Notes: generated by a model not told the origin, from the sequence alone. 38,336 bases of DNA from an uncultured cyanobacterium (GCA_963766075.1 CAVYAN010000100.1:1-38336); one strand, 5' to 3'; positions 21,234 to 32,230 are shown, counted from the stretch's first letter. A program made the numbers and translations.

Positions 21234-22589
21234 CTAAGCGGGGATGGATAGGGGAGCAGCGAGCTCGAGTTGCCAGGTGGCAAGGGCGGCGAGGGCGCGA
21301 TTGCGGTAAACACCGTATCTTTCCTGCTTATTGCGAATGCGCTGGGGCAACTCTGGCAAAATCCCAAAGTTAGGGGGCATCGGTTGGAAGTGCTTTGGGG
21401 AAGCGGAGCTAATGAAATCAAACAAGGCTCCCATCATCGTCGTGGCAGGCAACGCCACGGGCGAGCGGCCTAAGGCAAGACGAGCCGCATTAGTGCCTGC
21501 AAGCCAACCGCCCGCCGTAGCAGCGGTATACCCTTCAGTTCCAACCAATTGCCCTGCAGCGAGGAGAGTGGGACGGGTCTTAAACTGGAGGGTGGCCTGG
21601 AGGAGTTCGGGGGCATTGAGAAAGGTGTTACGGTGCATGACGCCCATACGCACAAATTCGGCCTGCTCAAGACCAGGAATTAGCTGAAAGACACGCTTTT
21701 GTTCGCCCCAGCGAAGGTTGGTTTGGAAGCCCACCATGTTCCAGAGCTGACCGGCCTTGTCCTCTTGGCGCAGTTGCACTACAGCATAGGGGCGCTTGTC
21801 GCGATTTTCCCGAAAGTCACCGTAGCGGGAGTCAAAGATGCCAACGGGTTTCAGGGGGCCATAGCGCATGGTGTCTTCACCCCGTTTGGCCATCTCTTCA
21901 ATCGGCAGGCACGCCTCGAAAAATTTTGCGGTGTCCCGCTCAAAGTCCTTCAGATCAGCCTGTTCCGCTTTGCAGAGTTCGGTCCAGAAGTCGAGGTATT
22001 GCTCGCGAGTCATCGGGCAATTGAGGTAGGCGGCTTCGCCGCGATCGTAGCGGGAAGCCAGAAACGCCACATCATAGTTAATCGATTCACCCACGAGAAT
22101 GGGGCTGGCGGCATCAAAAAAGCTCATGTACTCTAGGCCCGTAAAGCGCTGTAGGTCAGCGGTGAGGGCAGGACTCGTCAGAGGACCAGTAGCCAGGACA
22201 ACAATGCTGTCGGGGGGAATCTGCTGGACTTCTTCGCGGCGGAATTCCACGAGGGGATGGCTGGCCAGGGTCGTCGTAAGCGTTTGGCTGAACTGAGCGC
22301 GATCAACAGCCAAGGCACCCCCTGCCGGGACAGCATGGGCATCGGCGGTGGCAATGATGATGGAACCTAGGCGGCGGAGTTCTTCATGCAGGAGTCCGGA
22401 GGCGCGATCGCTCGACCGAGCCCCAAAGGAATTACTGCACACCAATTCAGCCAAATGCTCGCTATGGTGGGCCGGACTTTGTCGGAGCGGGCGCATTTCG
22501 AAAAAAACTACGGGCACACCTGCTTGAGCAATTTGCCATGCCGCCTCAGTACCTGCTAGGCCACCACCAATAACGTGAATCGGTTGCAT
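21234..22589 (-). CDS. trmFO: tRNA (uracil-54) methyltransferase, FAD/folate-dependent
   Basis: [58 protein letters not shown]. Confidence 0.97.
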   Translation of the reverse strand: MQPIHVIGGGLAGTEAAWQIAQAGVPVVFFEMRPLRQSPAHHSEHLAELVCSNSFGARSSDRASGLLHEELRRLGSIIIATADAHAVPAGGALAVDRAQFSQTLTTTLASHPLVEFRREEVQQIPPDSIVVLATGPLTSPALTADLQRFTGLEYMSFFDAASPILVGESINYDVAFLASRYDRGEAAYLNCPMTREQYLDFWTELCKAEQADLKDFERDTAKFFEACLPIEEMAKRGEDTMRYGPLKPVGIFDSRYGDFRENRDKRPYAVVQLRQEDKAGQLWNMVGFQTNLRWGEQKRVFQLIPGLEQAEFVRMGVMHRNTFLNAPELLQATLQFKTRPTLLAAGQLVGTEGYTAATAGGWLAGTNAARLALGRSPVALPATTMMGALFDFISSASPKHFQPMPPNFGILPELPQRIRNKQERYGVYRNRALAALATWQLELAAPLSIPA

Positions 22590-22746
22590 GTCAGTCTCTA
22601 CAAAACTCCAGGAAGGCTTTCCTCATAGGATACGTGGATTTGAGAATTTGGCGGACACTGGGACCGTCTAGATCGATCCTATACGGTAGGACTTCTGCGG
22701 TAGGACTTCAGAAATTGTTACGGCCTGCCAGGATCGTAGGGTCCAG

Positions 22747-22791
22747 TGATATGATCAATACCCACGCAATTCCGACTGACTTACCGGGAAT
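22747..22791 (+). promoter_or_regulatory. Putative sir promoter (extended -10) with downstream palindromic operator-like site
   Basis: TGATATGAT at 22747-22755; ATTCCGACTGACTTACCGGGAAT at 22769-22791. Confidence 0.5.
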
Positions 22792-22890
22792 CTTAAGGTT
22801 CTTGTAGGGTTCCGGCACGGAAAAACCATTGGTCTTTCCTGGGTCATGTGGGCACTCTATTCATGTTTTCCATACTTGCCGCCGATCCCA

Positions 22891-24870
22891 ATGGTTAATT
22901 TACAAACACTCGATGTTGACCGTAAACCCTCGAAAGTTGAGGGCCTCAAGGAGCGTAGTAACTTTCTACGGGAACCCCTTGCGTCCGAATTACGCCTCGA
23001 TACCGATCACTTCACGGAAGCATCGGTACAACTGCTGAAGTTTCACGGTTCCTATCAGCAGTCTGATCGGGAACAGCGCGCCACCCCAGGCCAGGGCAAA
23101 GCTTACAGCATGATGCTCCGGACCCGCAGCCCAGGGGGCTTCATTCCGCCGGAATTGTATCTGACCCTGGATCGGTTGTCCGATGACTATGGCAACCATA
23201 CGCTGCGAGCCACAACGCGGCAGGGTTTCCAATTGCACGGGGTTTTGAAAAAGAATTTGCAGGCCACGATCGCCGCGATTGTTAACAGCATGGGCTCCAC
23301 CCTCGGAGCCTGCGGCGACCTCAATCGCAACGTCATGGCCCCAGCAGCCCCCTATCGCAACCGTCCGGAATATATTTTGGCGCGTGAGTATGCCAACCGA
23401 ATTGCCGATTTGTTAACGCCTCAAACCGGTGCCTATTACGAAATTTGGCTGGATGGGGAAAAATCTATTTCTGGAGAGGAGCATCCCGACGTGGTGGCTG
23501 CCCGCCAGCGCAACGGCAACGGCACAATTATCCCCGAGGGCGAAGAGCCGATTTATGGCACCCACTACATGCCCCGAAAGTTCAAGTGTGCGGTGACAGT
23601 CCCCGGTGATAATTCGGTGGATTTGTTTTCTCAGGATGTCAGCTTGGTGGTAATCACCAACGATGCCGGAGAGCTGCAAGGCTTCAACGTTTACGCAGGC
23701 GGCGGGTTGGGCCGCACCCACAACAAGGAAGGGACCTTTCCTCGCATTGCTGACCCAATTGGCTATGTGGATAAAGCGGATATTTATGACTTGATGAAGG
23801 CGATTGTGTCTACCCAGCGGGACTATGGCGATCGCAGCGATCGTCGGCACGCCCGCATGAAGTACCTGATCGAGGACTGGGGCGTAGAGAAATTCCGGAC
23901 TCAAGTCGAGCAGTATTTTGGCCAGTCCATCCAACCCATGCGCCCGACGATCGCCTGGAAATACATGGATTTCCTCGGCTGGCAAGAACAGGGCGACGGC
24001 AAATTATTCCTCGGGCTTTCGGTGCAAAACGGGCGCGTCAAGGATGCTGGAGAGTTTCAACTGAAGCGGGCCTTGAAGGAAATTGTCCAGACCTTTCATT
24101 TGCCCATGATTGTGACCGCAAGTCAGGATCTGGTTCTCTACGACATTGATCCCAGTCAAAAAGCCGCCATCCAGGCCATTTTGACCCAGTGTGGCATCAA
24201 AGCCGTGGATGAGCTGGACTCCCTAGTGCGTTACTCTATGGCCTGTCCGGCACTGCCCACCTGCGGGCTAGCCACGGCAGAGTCAGAGCGGGTCATTCCT
24301 AGCATTTTGGAACGCATTCGTGCCCTGCTCGTCACTGTGGGATTACCAGAAGAGCACTTCATCATTCGGATGACCGGATGTCCCAATGGGTGCGCACGGC
24401 CCTATTTGGCAGAGTTGGGCTTTGTCGGCAATGGCCCAGACCAATACCAAATCTGGCTCGGAGCCGATCCCAACCAGACACGGCTGGCCACGGTCTATCT
24501 GGAGAAAATGGCGATCGCGAATCTAGAGGCCACCTTCGAGCCAATTTTTGTTTATTTCAAACAAAATCGCACACCGGACGAAAGCTTTGGCGACTTCTGC
24601 CAGCGCGTTGGCCTGGACGCATTGCACCAATTCTCGGCAACCTATGTCTCCAGCACGGGGGCTAAATCCAAGCCCGCAAAACTGCGCCACCGCGTTGATG
24701 TCCGAAATGAGCTCTACGATCGCCTCAAAATTGTCGCCGGGTCCCAGGGCAAGCCACTGCCCCAGGTGGTGAATGAAGTGATCGAAGCCTATCTAAACCA
24801 GGCAGCAGAAGCGCTTCAGGCGACAGCACCGGAGCCTGAGCCTAGTCCAGAATCAGGCCCGCAGGCATGA
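22891..24870 (+). CDS. sir: Ferredoxin-dependent sulfite reductase (ATG 22891 more likely than 22846)
   Basis: [68 protein letters not shown]. Confidence 0.96.
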   Translation: MVNLQTLDVDRKPSKVEGLKERSNFLREPLASELRLDTDHFTEASVQLLKFHGSYQQSDREQRATPGQGKAYSMMLRTRSPGGFIPPELYLTLDRLSDDYGNHTLRATTRQGFQLHGVLKKNLQATIAAIVNSMGSTLGACGDLNRNVMAPAAPYRNRPEYILAREYANRIADLLTPQTGAYYEIWLDGEKSISGEEHPDVVAARQRNGNGTIIPEGEEPIYGTHYMPRKFKCAVTVPGDNSVDLFSQDVSLVVITNDAGELQGFNVYAGGGLGRTHNKEGTFPRIADPIGYVDKADIYDLMKAIVSTQRDYGDRSDRRHARMKYLIEDWGVEKFRTQVEQYFGQSIQPMRPTIAWKYMDFLGWQEQGDGKLFLGLSVQNGRVKDAGEFQLKRALKEIVQTFHLPMIVTASQDLVLYDIDPSQKAAIQAILTQCGIKAVDELDSLVRYSMACPALPTCGLATAESERVIPSILERIRALLVTVGLPEEHFIIRMTGCPNGCARPYLAELGFVGNGPDQYQIWLGADPNQTRLATVYLEKMAIANLEATFEPIFVYFKQNRTPDESFGDFCQRVGLDALHQFSATYVSSTGAKSKPAKLRHRVDVRNELYDRLKIVAGSQGKPLPQVVNEVIEAYLNQAAEALQATAPEPEPSPESGPQA

Positions 24871-24894
24871 GGCCCTAAAGGATAAGGAGCCGCT

Positions 24895-25692
24895 ATGCTG
24901 CAAAGGCTCGTAATCCAGCCGTCTCAATTGCGCGATCGCCAAGTGGCCCTCACCGAGCCCCAGCGGCATTATCTGTACCGCGTGTTGCGGTTGAGAGTGG
25001 GCGATCGCGTGATCGTACTGGATGGACAAGGACAGGCTTGGCAGGCGCGGCTAGGGGCTGATGGCGCAGAACTCGTCGAGGCCCTCGCGGGTCAGGCAGA
25101 GTTGCCTATCGCTGTAACATTGGTGGTTGCATTACCCAAGGGCAATGGCTTTGATGATGTGGTGCGACAATGTACGGAGTTAGGGGTAACCGCGATTGTG
25201 CCCGTCATCAGCGATCGCACGCTGCTGCATCCCAGTCCCCCAAAGCTAGAGCGGTGGCGGCGGATTGCCCAGGAAGCCGCGGAGCAGTCGGAACGGCAAG
25301 TGGTCCCCACTATCCTGGATCCCCTGCCGTTCCAAACCCTGTTGCGTGAACCTAGCCCAGGGGGAACCCTGAGCCAGGACACTGCCATTAAATATCTCTG
25401 TGCCGAACGCGGCAGTCCTCCCCACTTGCTTCACAGTCTCGCCGACACCCCAGGGATCCAGCCAGAACAGACCACCGCCAATTCCCAGGGCAGCCCAGGC
25501 ATTATGATCGCAGTGGGTCCGGAAGGAGGATGGACAGACACCGAGATCACGGCGGCGATCGCAGCGGGCTACCAACCCATTTCCCTAGGCCCCCGCATCC
25601 TGCGGGCGGTGACCGCACCCATGGTAGCCCTCGCCATCATTGCCGCCCAATGCGAATGCCAAAACTATCCGCCCACGCGGCTGTCTCCCTAA
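24895..25692 (+). CDS. rsmE: 16S rRNA m3U1498 methyltransferase
   Basis: HYLYRVLRL, CTELGV, EAAEQSER, VGPEGGW, LGPRILRAVTA; AAGGAG RBS. Confidence 0.95.
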   Translation: MLQRLVIQPSQLRDRQVALTEPQRHYLYRVLRLRVGDRVIVLDGQGQAWQARLGADGAELVEALAGQAELPIAVTLVVALPKGNGFDDVVRQCTELGVTAIVPVISDRTLLHPSPPKLERWRRIAQEAAEQSERQVVPTILDPLPFQTLLREPSPGGTLSQDTAIKYLCAERGSPPHLLHSLADTPGIQPEQTTANSQGSPGIMIAVGPEGGWTDTEITAAIAAGYQPISLGPRILRAVTAPMVALAIIAAQCECQNYPPTRLSP

Positions 25693-25730
25693 CTCCTCTT
25701 GCTGTGCCGCCATATCCCTCTTGCTGCGCC

Positions 25731-26869
25731 ATGATGCTCAACCAAGTCGCCACCGCCTTTGACCAGCAGGATTATCGTACCGTTGCCAAATTGCTCAAAG
25801 CATGGGAGCAACAAGCGCCCCAAGATCCCTGGTTCAAGTTATACCTGGGACGCTACCAGGAAGCCACCCAACACCCGGAGGCAGCAGAAACACTCTATCG
25901 TCAACTCCTCCAGGAAGGGGCCAACCCCAAAATCTCCACCCAGGCCCGCCAAGGCTTGCAGCGATTAGCGGCCCTCCGCGCCGCACCGCACAACCCACAG
26001 TCCCCCCCCCAAAAAAACTAGTCCAGTCCAGTCCAGTCCAGTCCAGTCTAGATCCGCCCAAATAGCAGACATCGTTTGGGGCTTTTTGGCCCTAGAGGCT
26101 GTGACTGGAGAAGCCCGACGCCACTCCGCCCAAGCTTTATCCCGCGTGATGCAGGTCGATCCCTACACAGCACAATCGGTCATTCCCAATCGCGGTTGGC
26201 GATTATATCGGGCAGGAGCGATCGCCGATATCCAGCAGGTAGCCCACGCGCTTCAATCCGCTGGGGTAGCCACGGTCTGCGGCTCCTTGGCCCAGTTACA
26301 GCACATCCAGGTCTTCCAAGTCCTCTATTTTCAAACCCTATCCCCAGCCCCAACCGTGATCTGCCAAAACCAGGCCGGTCAGATTGGGGCGATCCGCTTC
26401 GACTGGACCGAAGTCTATCAGCAGGTAGCAGGCAAGCTGCCCATTTTTGAACAAGTCGTGGAGTTGGGCTATCGCGATCGCCCCGAGCGCAAAGAAAGCA
26501 TTCAGGACTATGCCCAATTTTGGGACTTGCACATGCCAAGGCGAGACTGCATTCTCCGCCTTGGCGATCAACAGTACGACTTTCATCAAGGCATAGAATC
26601 TAGGCCAGAGTTTACAAGGTGTGGGCGATCGCCCACACCCGCAACACAGCACCCTCCGGCTGCGCTGGAATACATTACTCTCCACCCTTGAGAGAAATCT
26701 ACCCAAAACCCCAATCTGGTCAGACTTCACAGCCTTTGCAGATAGCACAACGGATTTTGTTGCCCCGCTGGAGCGTATTCAGCCTCACATCCAACTGGCT
26801 AGGGCAGAATCAACCTATTGGGATGCCGCGTTCCAACTCTACAGCGGCCTCGTTTTTTTACGCCCCTGA
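25731..26869 (+). pseudogene. Cyanobacterial TPR-containing protein broken by two +1 frameshifts (pseudogene, phase-variable or sequencing error)
   Basis: Three consecutive ORF pieces in successive frames (25731-26021, 26086-26691, 26621-26869); removing one base in C9/A7 at 26002-26017 and one near 26597-26620 yields one ORF ending WDAAFQLYSGLVFLRP. Confidence 0.78.
26020..26049. repeat. Pentanucleotide repeat (AGTCC)x5 plus AGTCT, preceded by C9-A7
   Basis: Read directly from the sequence. Confidence 0.95.
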
Positions 26870-26881
26870 CCCAGCCAGCGA

Positions 26882-26919
26882 GAGATTGCTCCCTTCGACT
26901 TCGCTCAGGGAGCAATCTC
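26882..26919. repeat. REP-like palindrome
   Basis: Perfect 13-bp arms GAGATTGCTCCCT / AGGGAGCAATCTC around TCGACTTCGCTC. Confidence 0.75.
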
Positions 26920-26953
26920 GGTCGGTATAATTTTTCCTGGAAATCGCCTTAAT

Positions 26954-26990
26954 TAAAAAAAGAGAGTCAAGCAACCTGGCTAGACTCCCC
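26954..26990 (-). terminator. Intrinsic terminator downstream of the ApcG-like gene
   Basis: Minus strand GGGGAGTCTAGC-CAGGTT-GCTTGACTCTC followed by T7. Confidence 0.7.
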
Positions 26991-27191
26991 CATTTTCATC
27001 AAATTTCATCAAAAATGACCGGCCCCTGCTCTATGCACTCAAGGGGTCTAAAGCAGCTCACTGAAGAAAAGTGCCCCATCAGGACTGGCTTTGAGCCTTG
27101 GGCCACTTGCACCGTCGTCCCGTGTGAATGCAGTCATTAAACCCAATTGACCGACAATTAAGCCGACTCAGTTATCACTTATTCACTTGCA

Positions 27192-27653
27192 TCACTTATT
27201 CACTTGTCGGGCCATCGTCAGAAAAGAAGCCATATTCGCCCCCGGACGGCGGCTAGGCGTGGCCAGTGGTAGCAAATATTTATCGGCAAAGGTCTTAATT
27301 TCAGGCTCCTTAGGCGCTGACGTCACCGTAGGCTGCGGCAGATTCAAGGAAGCAGCAACAGCAGGAGCCGGGGCCACAGGGGCAGCCCCATTCGCCTGCC
27401 CAGCCGCCGCCAACGCCGCCAACTTTTCGGCGCGCGTAGACTTTCCAGCCGATTTAGCCGATTTAGTCGCTGGGATCGACTCTGCCTCAGCAGCAGGCAC
27501 TACCGCCACGGGCGCTGCCGCCTTGACTGGGGCCTCTGTTTCATCCTTAAGCTCAAGATAAAAGCCATTCTTGGACTTACCACCGAACAATCTGCCAATA
27601 AAACCAAAAATACCTGAAAATAAACTCTTGAAGAGATTCAAAAGACCACTCAT
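27192..27653 (-). CDS. apcG: Probable phycobilisome linker ApcG (Sll1873-like)
   Basis: LFGGKSKNGFYLEL N-terminal motif, Ala/Pro/Lys-rich middle, C-terminal RRPGANMASFLTMARQV resembling recalled ApcG RRTPGPSLNRFKEMARQV; GGAG RBS. Confidence 0.7.
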   Translation of the reverse strand: MSGLLNLFKSLFSGIFGFIGRLFGGKSKNGFYLELKDETEAPVKAAAPVAVVPAAEAESIPATKSAKSAGKSTRAEKLAALAAAGQANGAAPVAPAPAVAASLNLPQPTVTSAPKEPEIKTFADKYLLPLATPSRRPGANMASFLTMARQVNK

Positions 27654-28319
27654 GACAACTGCTCCTGAAGACTATACCAATGCCTCAAATAATGCCTCAA
27701 AGACACTATGGCTAAAGGTGGGTGTGAAATTTCGCCCAAAATACTTTACTAAATAAATTATACGCGCATCGTTTCGTGAATCGAATCGAAATTGATTCCC
27801 CGACCCCTTACCATCCCAAAATGTGAAGAGGATCGGGTGCTGTCACAGTGGTCCAGAAAATTTCAAGGAATTCAGCGAAAGAATTCTAAGAATCAGAGAC
27901 AACTCTTTGCAGCATCTTTGCTTATTATCAATTCCAGGCACTGAATCAACTGCATACATTTAGTAGCTTAAGGGAACATGTAGCTTAAGGGAACAGGCTC
28001 CCTGAACAATGCTAACGTGTGGCACCGAGTAAAGTCCGCGAAACCACAGCTTAAACAATTCTCCTCAGGCGATCGCCCTTTAGGAATTGGCTAGAAATTG
28101 ACACTGTCTGTTTCAATCGTCACTGATTATGAGAGTTGATCGGCAAGCAAGGCAAGATTTATCTAATTTTCTTTGCAAAAGTTAACCAAGCCGTTACCCC
28201 CTACCGAGATCGATAGCCATCACAGTCCTTAGGAAGGCCACAGAACCCACCTAATTTCCCGAACATTCATTCAGCGATCGCGTCCTCGTCCGTTTCCTAC
28301 CCCATCCCGCTTAACTCCT

Positions 28320-28934
28320 ATGCATCCTTCACCTCGCAATCCGGTCTTGCTCCTCCACGGCATCTGGGATACAGGCCATATCTTTCGGGATATGGTGATG
28401 TATTTGCAAAACCTGGGCTGGACTGTCCATACCCTCGACATGGCACCTAATGATGGGGCGATCGGGCTCGACCAATTGGCACAGCAGGTCGCAACCTATA
28501 TCGACCAGACCCTGCCACCCAACACCCCACTCGATTTAGTGGGATTCAGTATGGGCGGCATTGTAGGGCGCTACTACCTCCAGCGCCTAGGCGGCATCCA
28601 GCGCGTACAGCGATTGATTACCCTATCGTCCCCCCATAATGGCACCTTCACCGCCTATGGCTCCTGGAAACTAGGGTCCGTCCAAATGCGCCAGAACAGC
28701 GCTTTCCTCCAGGATTTGAACCAAGACCTTGAGCAATTAGAACGCGTGAACTTCACCTCGATTTGGACCCCTTGGGATGCGATGATCCTGCCCGCTAGCA
28801 GTTCTCGCATCCGTGTAGGCCGAGAGGTCAAAGTCCATGTCCCCCTACACCATCAAATGGTTTCTCATCCCAAAAGCCTACTGGCACTCTCCGACGTGCT
28901 ATCGGAACCCTTACGGCGGCATTCACTGCCATGA
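28320..28934 (+). CDS. Alpha/beta-hydrolase (lipase/esterase)
   Basis: PVLLLHGI, nucleophile elbow GFSMGG, SSPHNGT, D and H triad candidates. Confidence 0.9.
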   Translation: MHPSPRNPVLLLHGIWDTGHIFRDMVMYLQNLGWTVHTLDMAPNDGAIGLDQLAQQVATYIDQTLPPNTPLDLVGFSMGGIVGRYYLQRLGGIQRVQRLITLSSPHNGTFTAYGSWKLGSVQMRQNSAFLQDLNQDLEQLERVNFTSIWTPWDAMILPASSSRIRVGREVKVHVPLHHQMVSHPKSLLALSDVLSEPLRRHSLP

Positions 28935-28972
28935 ATTCCACCTGTCCCCCCCTCCGACTATCCCTCCCACCC

Positions 28973-29452
28973 ATGCCCCGTCTGATTCTACCGGCTCAAG
29001 CTATCACCACCGCCGCCTTCGGGCCCTTCGGCCAACTCATCCTCGCTACCCCTGATGACAAAGCCTTTGACGACCAAGATGCACAGCTTCAGGTAGATCA
29101 AGGCATTCCCCGGTTCTACATTATGCGCTTACAGCAGCGAGGGCGCAGGTTCTCTAAAATCACACGCCATCAACACTGTACGCAGTGCCTAGGGTCGCTA
29201 GAAGGCAAGGAATGGCTGATCGGGGTAGCACCACCCAGCACAGGCTCTGCACCGGAAATTGACGCCATCAAAGCATTCCGGATTCCCGGCAACTGTTTTA
29301 TTAAATTGGCCCTCGGCACCTGGCATGCAGGCCCCTATTTTGATGAGGCGGCGATCAATTTTTATAACTTAGAGATGAGTGACACCAATCTGGTTGACCA
29401 CGACACCTGTGATTTGCACGCCACCTACAACGTCGAAATCGAAATTAGTTAG
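28973..29452 (+). CDS. Ureidoglycolate lyase/hydrolase family protein (start 28931 or 28973)
   Basis: AFGPFGQLI, ITRHQHCTQCL, GTWHAGP cupin-like motif. Confidence 0.8.
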   Translation: MPRLILPAQAITTAAFGPFGQLILATPDDKAFDDQDAQLQVDQGIPRFYIMRLQQRGRRFSKITRHQHCTQCLGSLEGKEWLIGVAPPSTGSAPEIDAIKAFRIPGNCFIKLALGTWHAGPYFDEAAINFYNLEMSDTNLVDHDTCDLHATYNVEIEIS

Positions 29453-29510
29453 ACAATTCCCCCGGAGAACTCAGCTCTTCCTCTCATCTACGCCGTAAAG
29501 CACCCAATCA

Positions 29511-29563
29511 AAACCGCAACGGCCATACTCTAAAGGAGATCTAGAGTCAGCGCATTGCGGTTT
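29511..29563. terminator. Hairpin between convergent genes, likely terminator
   Basis: AAACCGCAA...ACTCTA...TAGAGT...TTGCGGTTT inverted repeat. Confidence 0.55.
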
Positions 29564-29621
29564 ACTCACCAGTGCGAGCAATAATTCATCCGTATCCGCC
29601 TCTTTGTCCGGAGGCAATCAG

Positions 29622-31418
29622 CTACTTTTTAGCAAACTTCTTCGCTTTCTCCACCTTACGCAAACGGATCGATTCAGGCGTAATTTCTAGCAGTTCGTCA
29701 GGGCCCACATATTCCAACGCCCGCTCCAAACTCATATCAATCGGGGCCTGCAGTTGAACCAATTCTTCCCCGCCAGAGGCGCGGTGGTTTGTCAACTGCT
29801 TGGTTTTGCAAATATTCAGCTCTAGATCCTGGGGCCGATTATGCTCACCAACAATCATGCCTTTGTAAACCCTCACCCCTGGTTTAATGAAGAACGAACC
29901 CCGATCTTCGGCGTTCTTCATGGCATAGAAGGTGGCAACACCTTCTTCAAAAGAAATAATGACTCCATTGCGACGAGCATCAATATCAGCCACGATGGGA
30001 CGATAGTCCAGGAAGCTGTGATTCATAATGCCGTCTCCCCGAGTCAGGCGCATAAATTCACCCCGGAAACCAATCAATCCCCGGGCCGGAATCACAAACT
30101 CAAGCTGACTGCGGCCACCGGCGGTCGCTTGCATATCTTGCATTTCACCCTTGCGCTGGCCCAGTCGCTCAATACAGCCACCTACGCCATCTTCCGGCAC
30201 ATCCAAAACCAAAGTCTCGTAGGGTTCGCAGGGCTGCCCGTTCACTTCGCGATAGATCACCTGAGGCTGAGACACCTGAAACTCATAACCTTCCCGGCGC
30301 ATCGTTTCGATCAGAATACCGAGGTGCAATTCCCCGCGCCCTGAAACCAGCAACTTGTCGGGAGAGTCGGTGTCTTCGATCCGGAGAGCCACGTTAGTTT
30401 CGAGTTCGCGGAAGAGGCGATCGCGCACCTGCCGCGAAGTCACAAACTTACCTTCCTGGCCCGCAAAGGGAGAATCATTCACCGAGAACGTCATCTGCAA
30501 CGTTGGCTCATCCACCTTAATCAGCGGCAAAGCCTGGGGATCATTAGGATCCGTAATCGTCTCGCCAATGTTAGCACTGGCAAATCCCGCCACCGCCACC
30601 AAATTACCCGCCGTCGCTTCCTCAATTTCAATCCGCTTCAGACCATCAAATCCCAGCAGTTTAGTGATTTTGCCTTTGACAATCGCTCCCGTCTCCGTAA
30701 ACAGAGCCGCCTGCTGCCCCGCCCGAATCACCCCATTGTGAATCTTGCCAATCACAATCCGCCCCAAATAGTCAGAATAGTCAAGAGTCGTCACCTGCAG
30801 TTGCAACGGCTTGTTGACATCACCCACTGGAGGGGGCACATGGCGCAAAAAGGCGTTAAAGAGGGGGACCATATCCGTAGACTCATCTTCCAGCTTATCC
30901 TTAGCAAACCCGCTTAAACCGGAAGCAAATAGATAGGGAAAATCACACTGATCATCATCAGCGCCCAGTTCCAGAAACAAATCCAGCACCTTACTCACCG
31001 CACCGTGGGGATCAGCCTGGGGACGATCAATCTTATTCACCAGGACAATCGGGCGTAGTCCCTTTTCGAGTGCCTTCTTGAGCACAAAGCGAGTTTGCGG
31101 CATTGGCCCTTCATTGGCATCGACAATTAGCAGGCAACCATCCACCATGCCCAGCACCCGCTCTACTTCGCCACCAAAGTCCGCGTGCCCCGGCGTGTCC
31201 ACAATATTAATCAGGGTGTCTTTATACCGCACCGCAGTATTTTTCGACAGAATCGTAATTCCTCGTTCCCGCTCCAGATCATTGGAATCCATGACACAAG
31301 TGGGGACATCTTCACCTTCTCGGAAGGTCCCGGCTTGTTTCAGAAGTGCATCGACGAGAGTGGTTTTGCCGTGGTCAACGTGAGCAATGATGGCAACGTT
31401 GCGAATGGGAAGAGTCAT
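29622..31418 (-). CDS. typA: Translational GTPase TypA/BipA
   Basis: [45 protein letters not shown]-terminal [10 protein letters not shown]. Confidence 0.98.
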   Translation of the reverse strand: MTLPIRNVAIIAHVDHGKTTLVDALLKQAGTFREGEDVPTCVMDSNDLERERGITILSKNTAVRYKDTLINIVDTPGHADFGGEVERVLGMVDGCLLIVDANEGPMPQTRFVLKKALEKGLRPIVLVNKIDRPQADPHGAVSKVLDLFLELGADDDQCDFPYLFASGLSGFAKDKLEDESTDMVPLFNAFLRHVPPPVGDVNKPLQLQVTTLDYSDYLGRIVIGKIHNGVIRAGQQAALFTETGAIVKGKITKLLGFDGLKRIEIEEATAGNLVAVAGFASANIGETITDPNDPQALPLIKVDEPTLQMTFSVNDSPFAGQEGKFVTSRQVRDRLFRELETNVALRIEDTDSPDKLLVSGRGELHLGILIETMRREGYEFQVSQPQVIYREVNGQPCEPYETLVLDVPEDGVGGCIERLGQRKGEMQDMQATAGGRSQLEFVIPARGLIGFRGEFMRLTRGDGIMNHSFLDYRPIVADIDARRNGVIISFEEGVATFYAMKNAEDRGSFFIKPGVRVYKGMIVGEHNRPQDLELNICKTKQLTNHRASGGEELVQLQAPIDMSLERALEYVGPDELLEITPESIRLRKVEKAKKFAKK

Positions 31419-31740
31419 GGTGCTTATCAGGGCAAGGGTTAAGAGGTTAAGAGATTTCTGGTAAAAATTTCAGACCAGAAATTTTCAGTCAAGGAATTGT
31501 AGTGAGGCACGAGCCAAAGCAGCTTCACCCATCAACAGCAGGAGCTCCGAAGAGAACGCAGGATGACCGCAATGGATCGACCCCGTCGGGATTAGTCAGA
31601 ATGAGTCGGCAAACTCGTAAACTTTATCAATAAACCTTAATAATTTTAGCGCAGGGATTGACAGACTTAATATCATTCTTTTCAGAATCTCTAGAGTCTG
31701 ACTTGCTTCGCAGCGGCTACGCTCTGGAAAAAACCGCCGC

Positions 31741-31789
31741 AAAAAGGACGCTAAATGGGGCCTGGAAAGACCTCACATTTAACGTCCCT
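31741..31789 (-). terminator. Intrinsic terminator after rpsU
   Basis: Minus strand GGGACGTTAAATG...CATTTAGCGTCC followed by TTTTT. Confidence 0.75.
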
Positions 31790-31809
31790 AGAGGAAAGAT
31801 TAATAAGGT

Positions 31810-31995
31810 CTAGTGCCGCGAACGAAATCGCTTTTTGCGACGAGCAAGAGCTTTGCGCTTGGCTTTTTCCAAGGGCGTTTCAAAATGACGCTTCTTCTTC
31901 ATGTCCGCGAAGATTTCAGCTTTAGAAACTTGCCGCTTGAAGCGCCGGAGCGCCGAATCAATCCCTTCATTTTCGCCCAGAATGACTTGAGTCAT
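31810..31995 (-). CDS. rpsU: 30S ribosomal protein S21 (61 aa; true start 31995)
   Basis: [50 protein letters not shown]. Confidence 0.96.
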   Translation of the reverse strand: MTQVILGENEGIDSALRRFKRQVSKAEIFADMKKKRHFETPLEKAKRKALARRKKRFRSRH

Positions 31996-32230
31996 TGGCA
32001 ACTCCTCGAGATGTGGATCAATAATCAGGCGATAAACAAAAAGCAACCCCCAGCGGATTCGGAGTATTCCTGCCACGGCTGGAGGTTGCTTTCGGATTTG
32101 AATAGCTCTAGGAACGAACCGTAATAGGCATCGCTCCAGTGGGGGGATACGGCCCGAGTAGGCGGAGACCAATCTAGAAGATAGCCCGGTCTCAGAAAAC
32201 TCTGGGGCCAAGGGAGGATGCTACCTAGAA

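Noticed and set aside
31996..32211. N-terminal extension of S21 in the ORF track
   Set aside because: Strong RBS and family start at 31995; the extension covers intergenic hairpins
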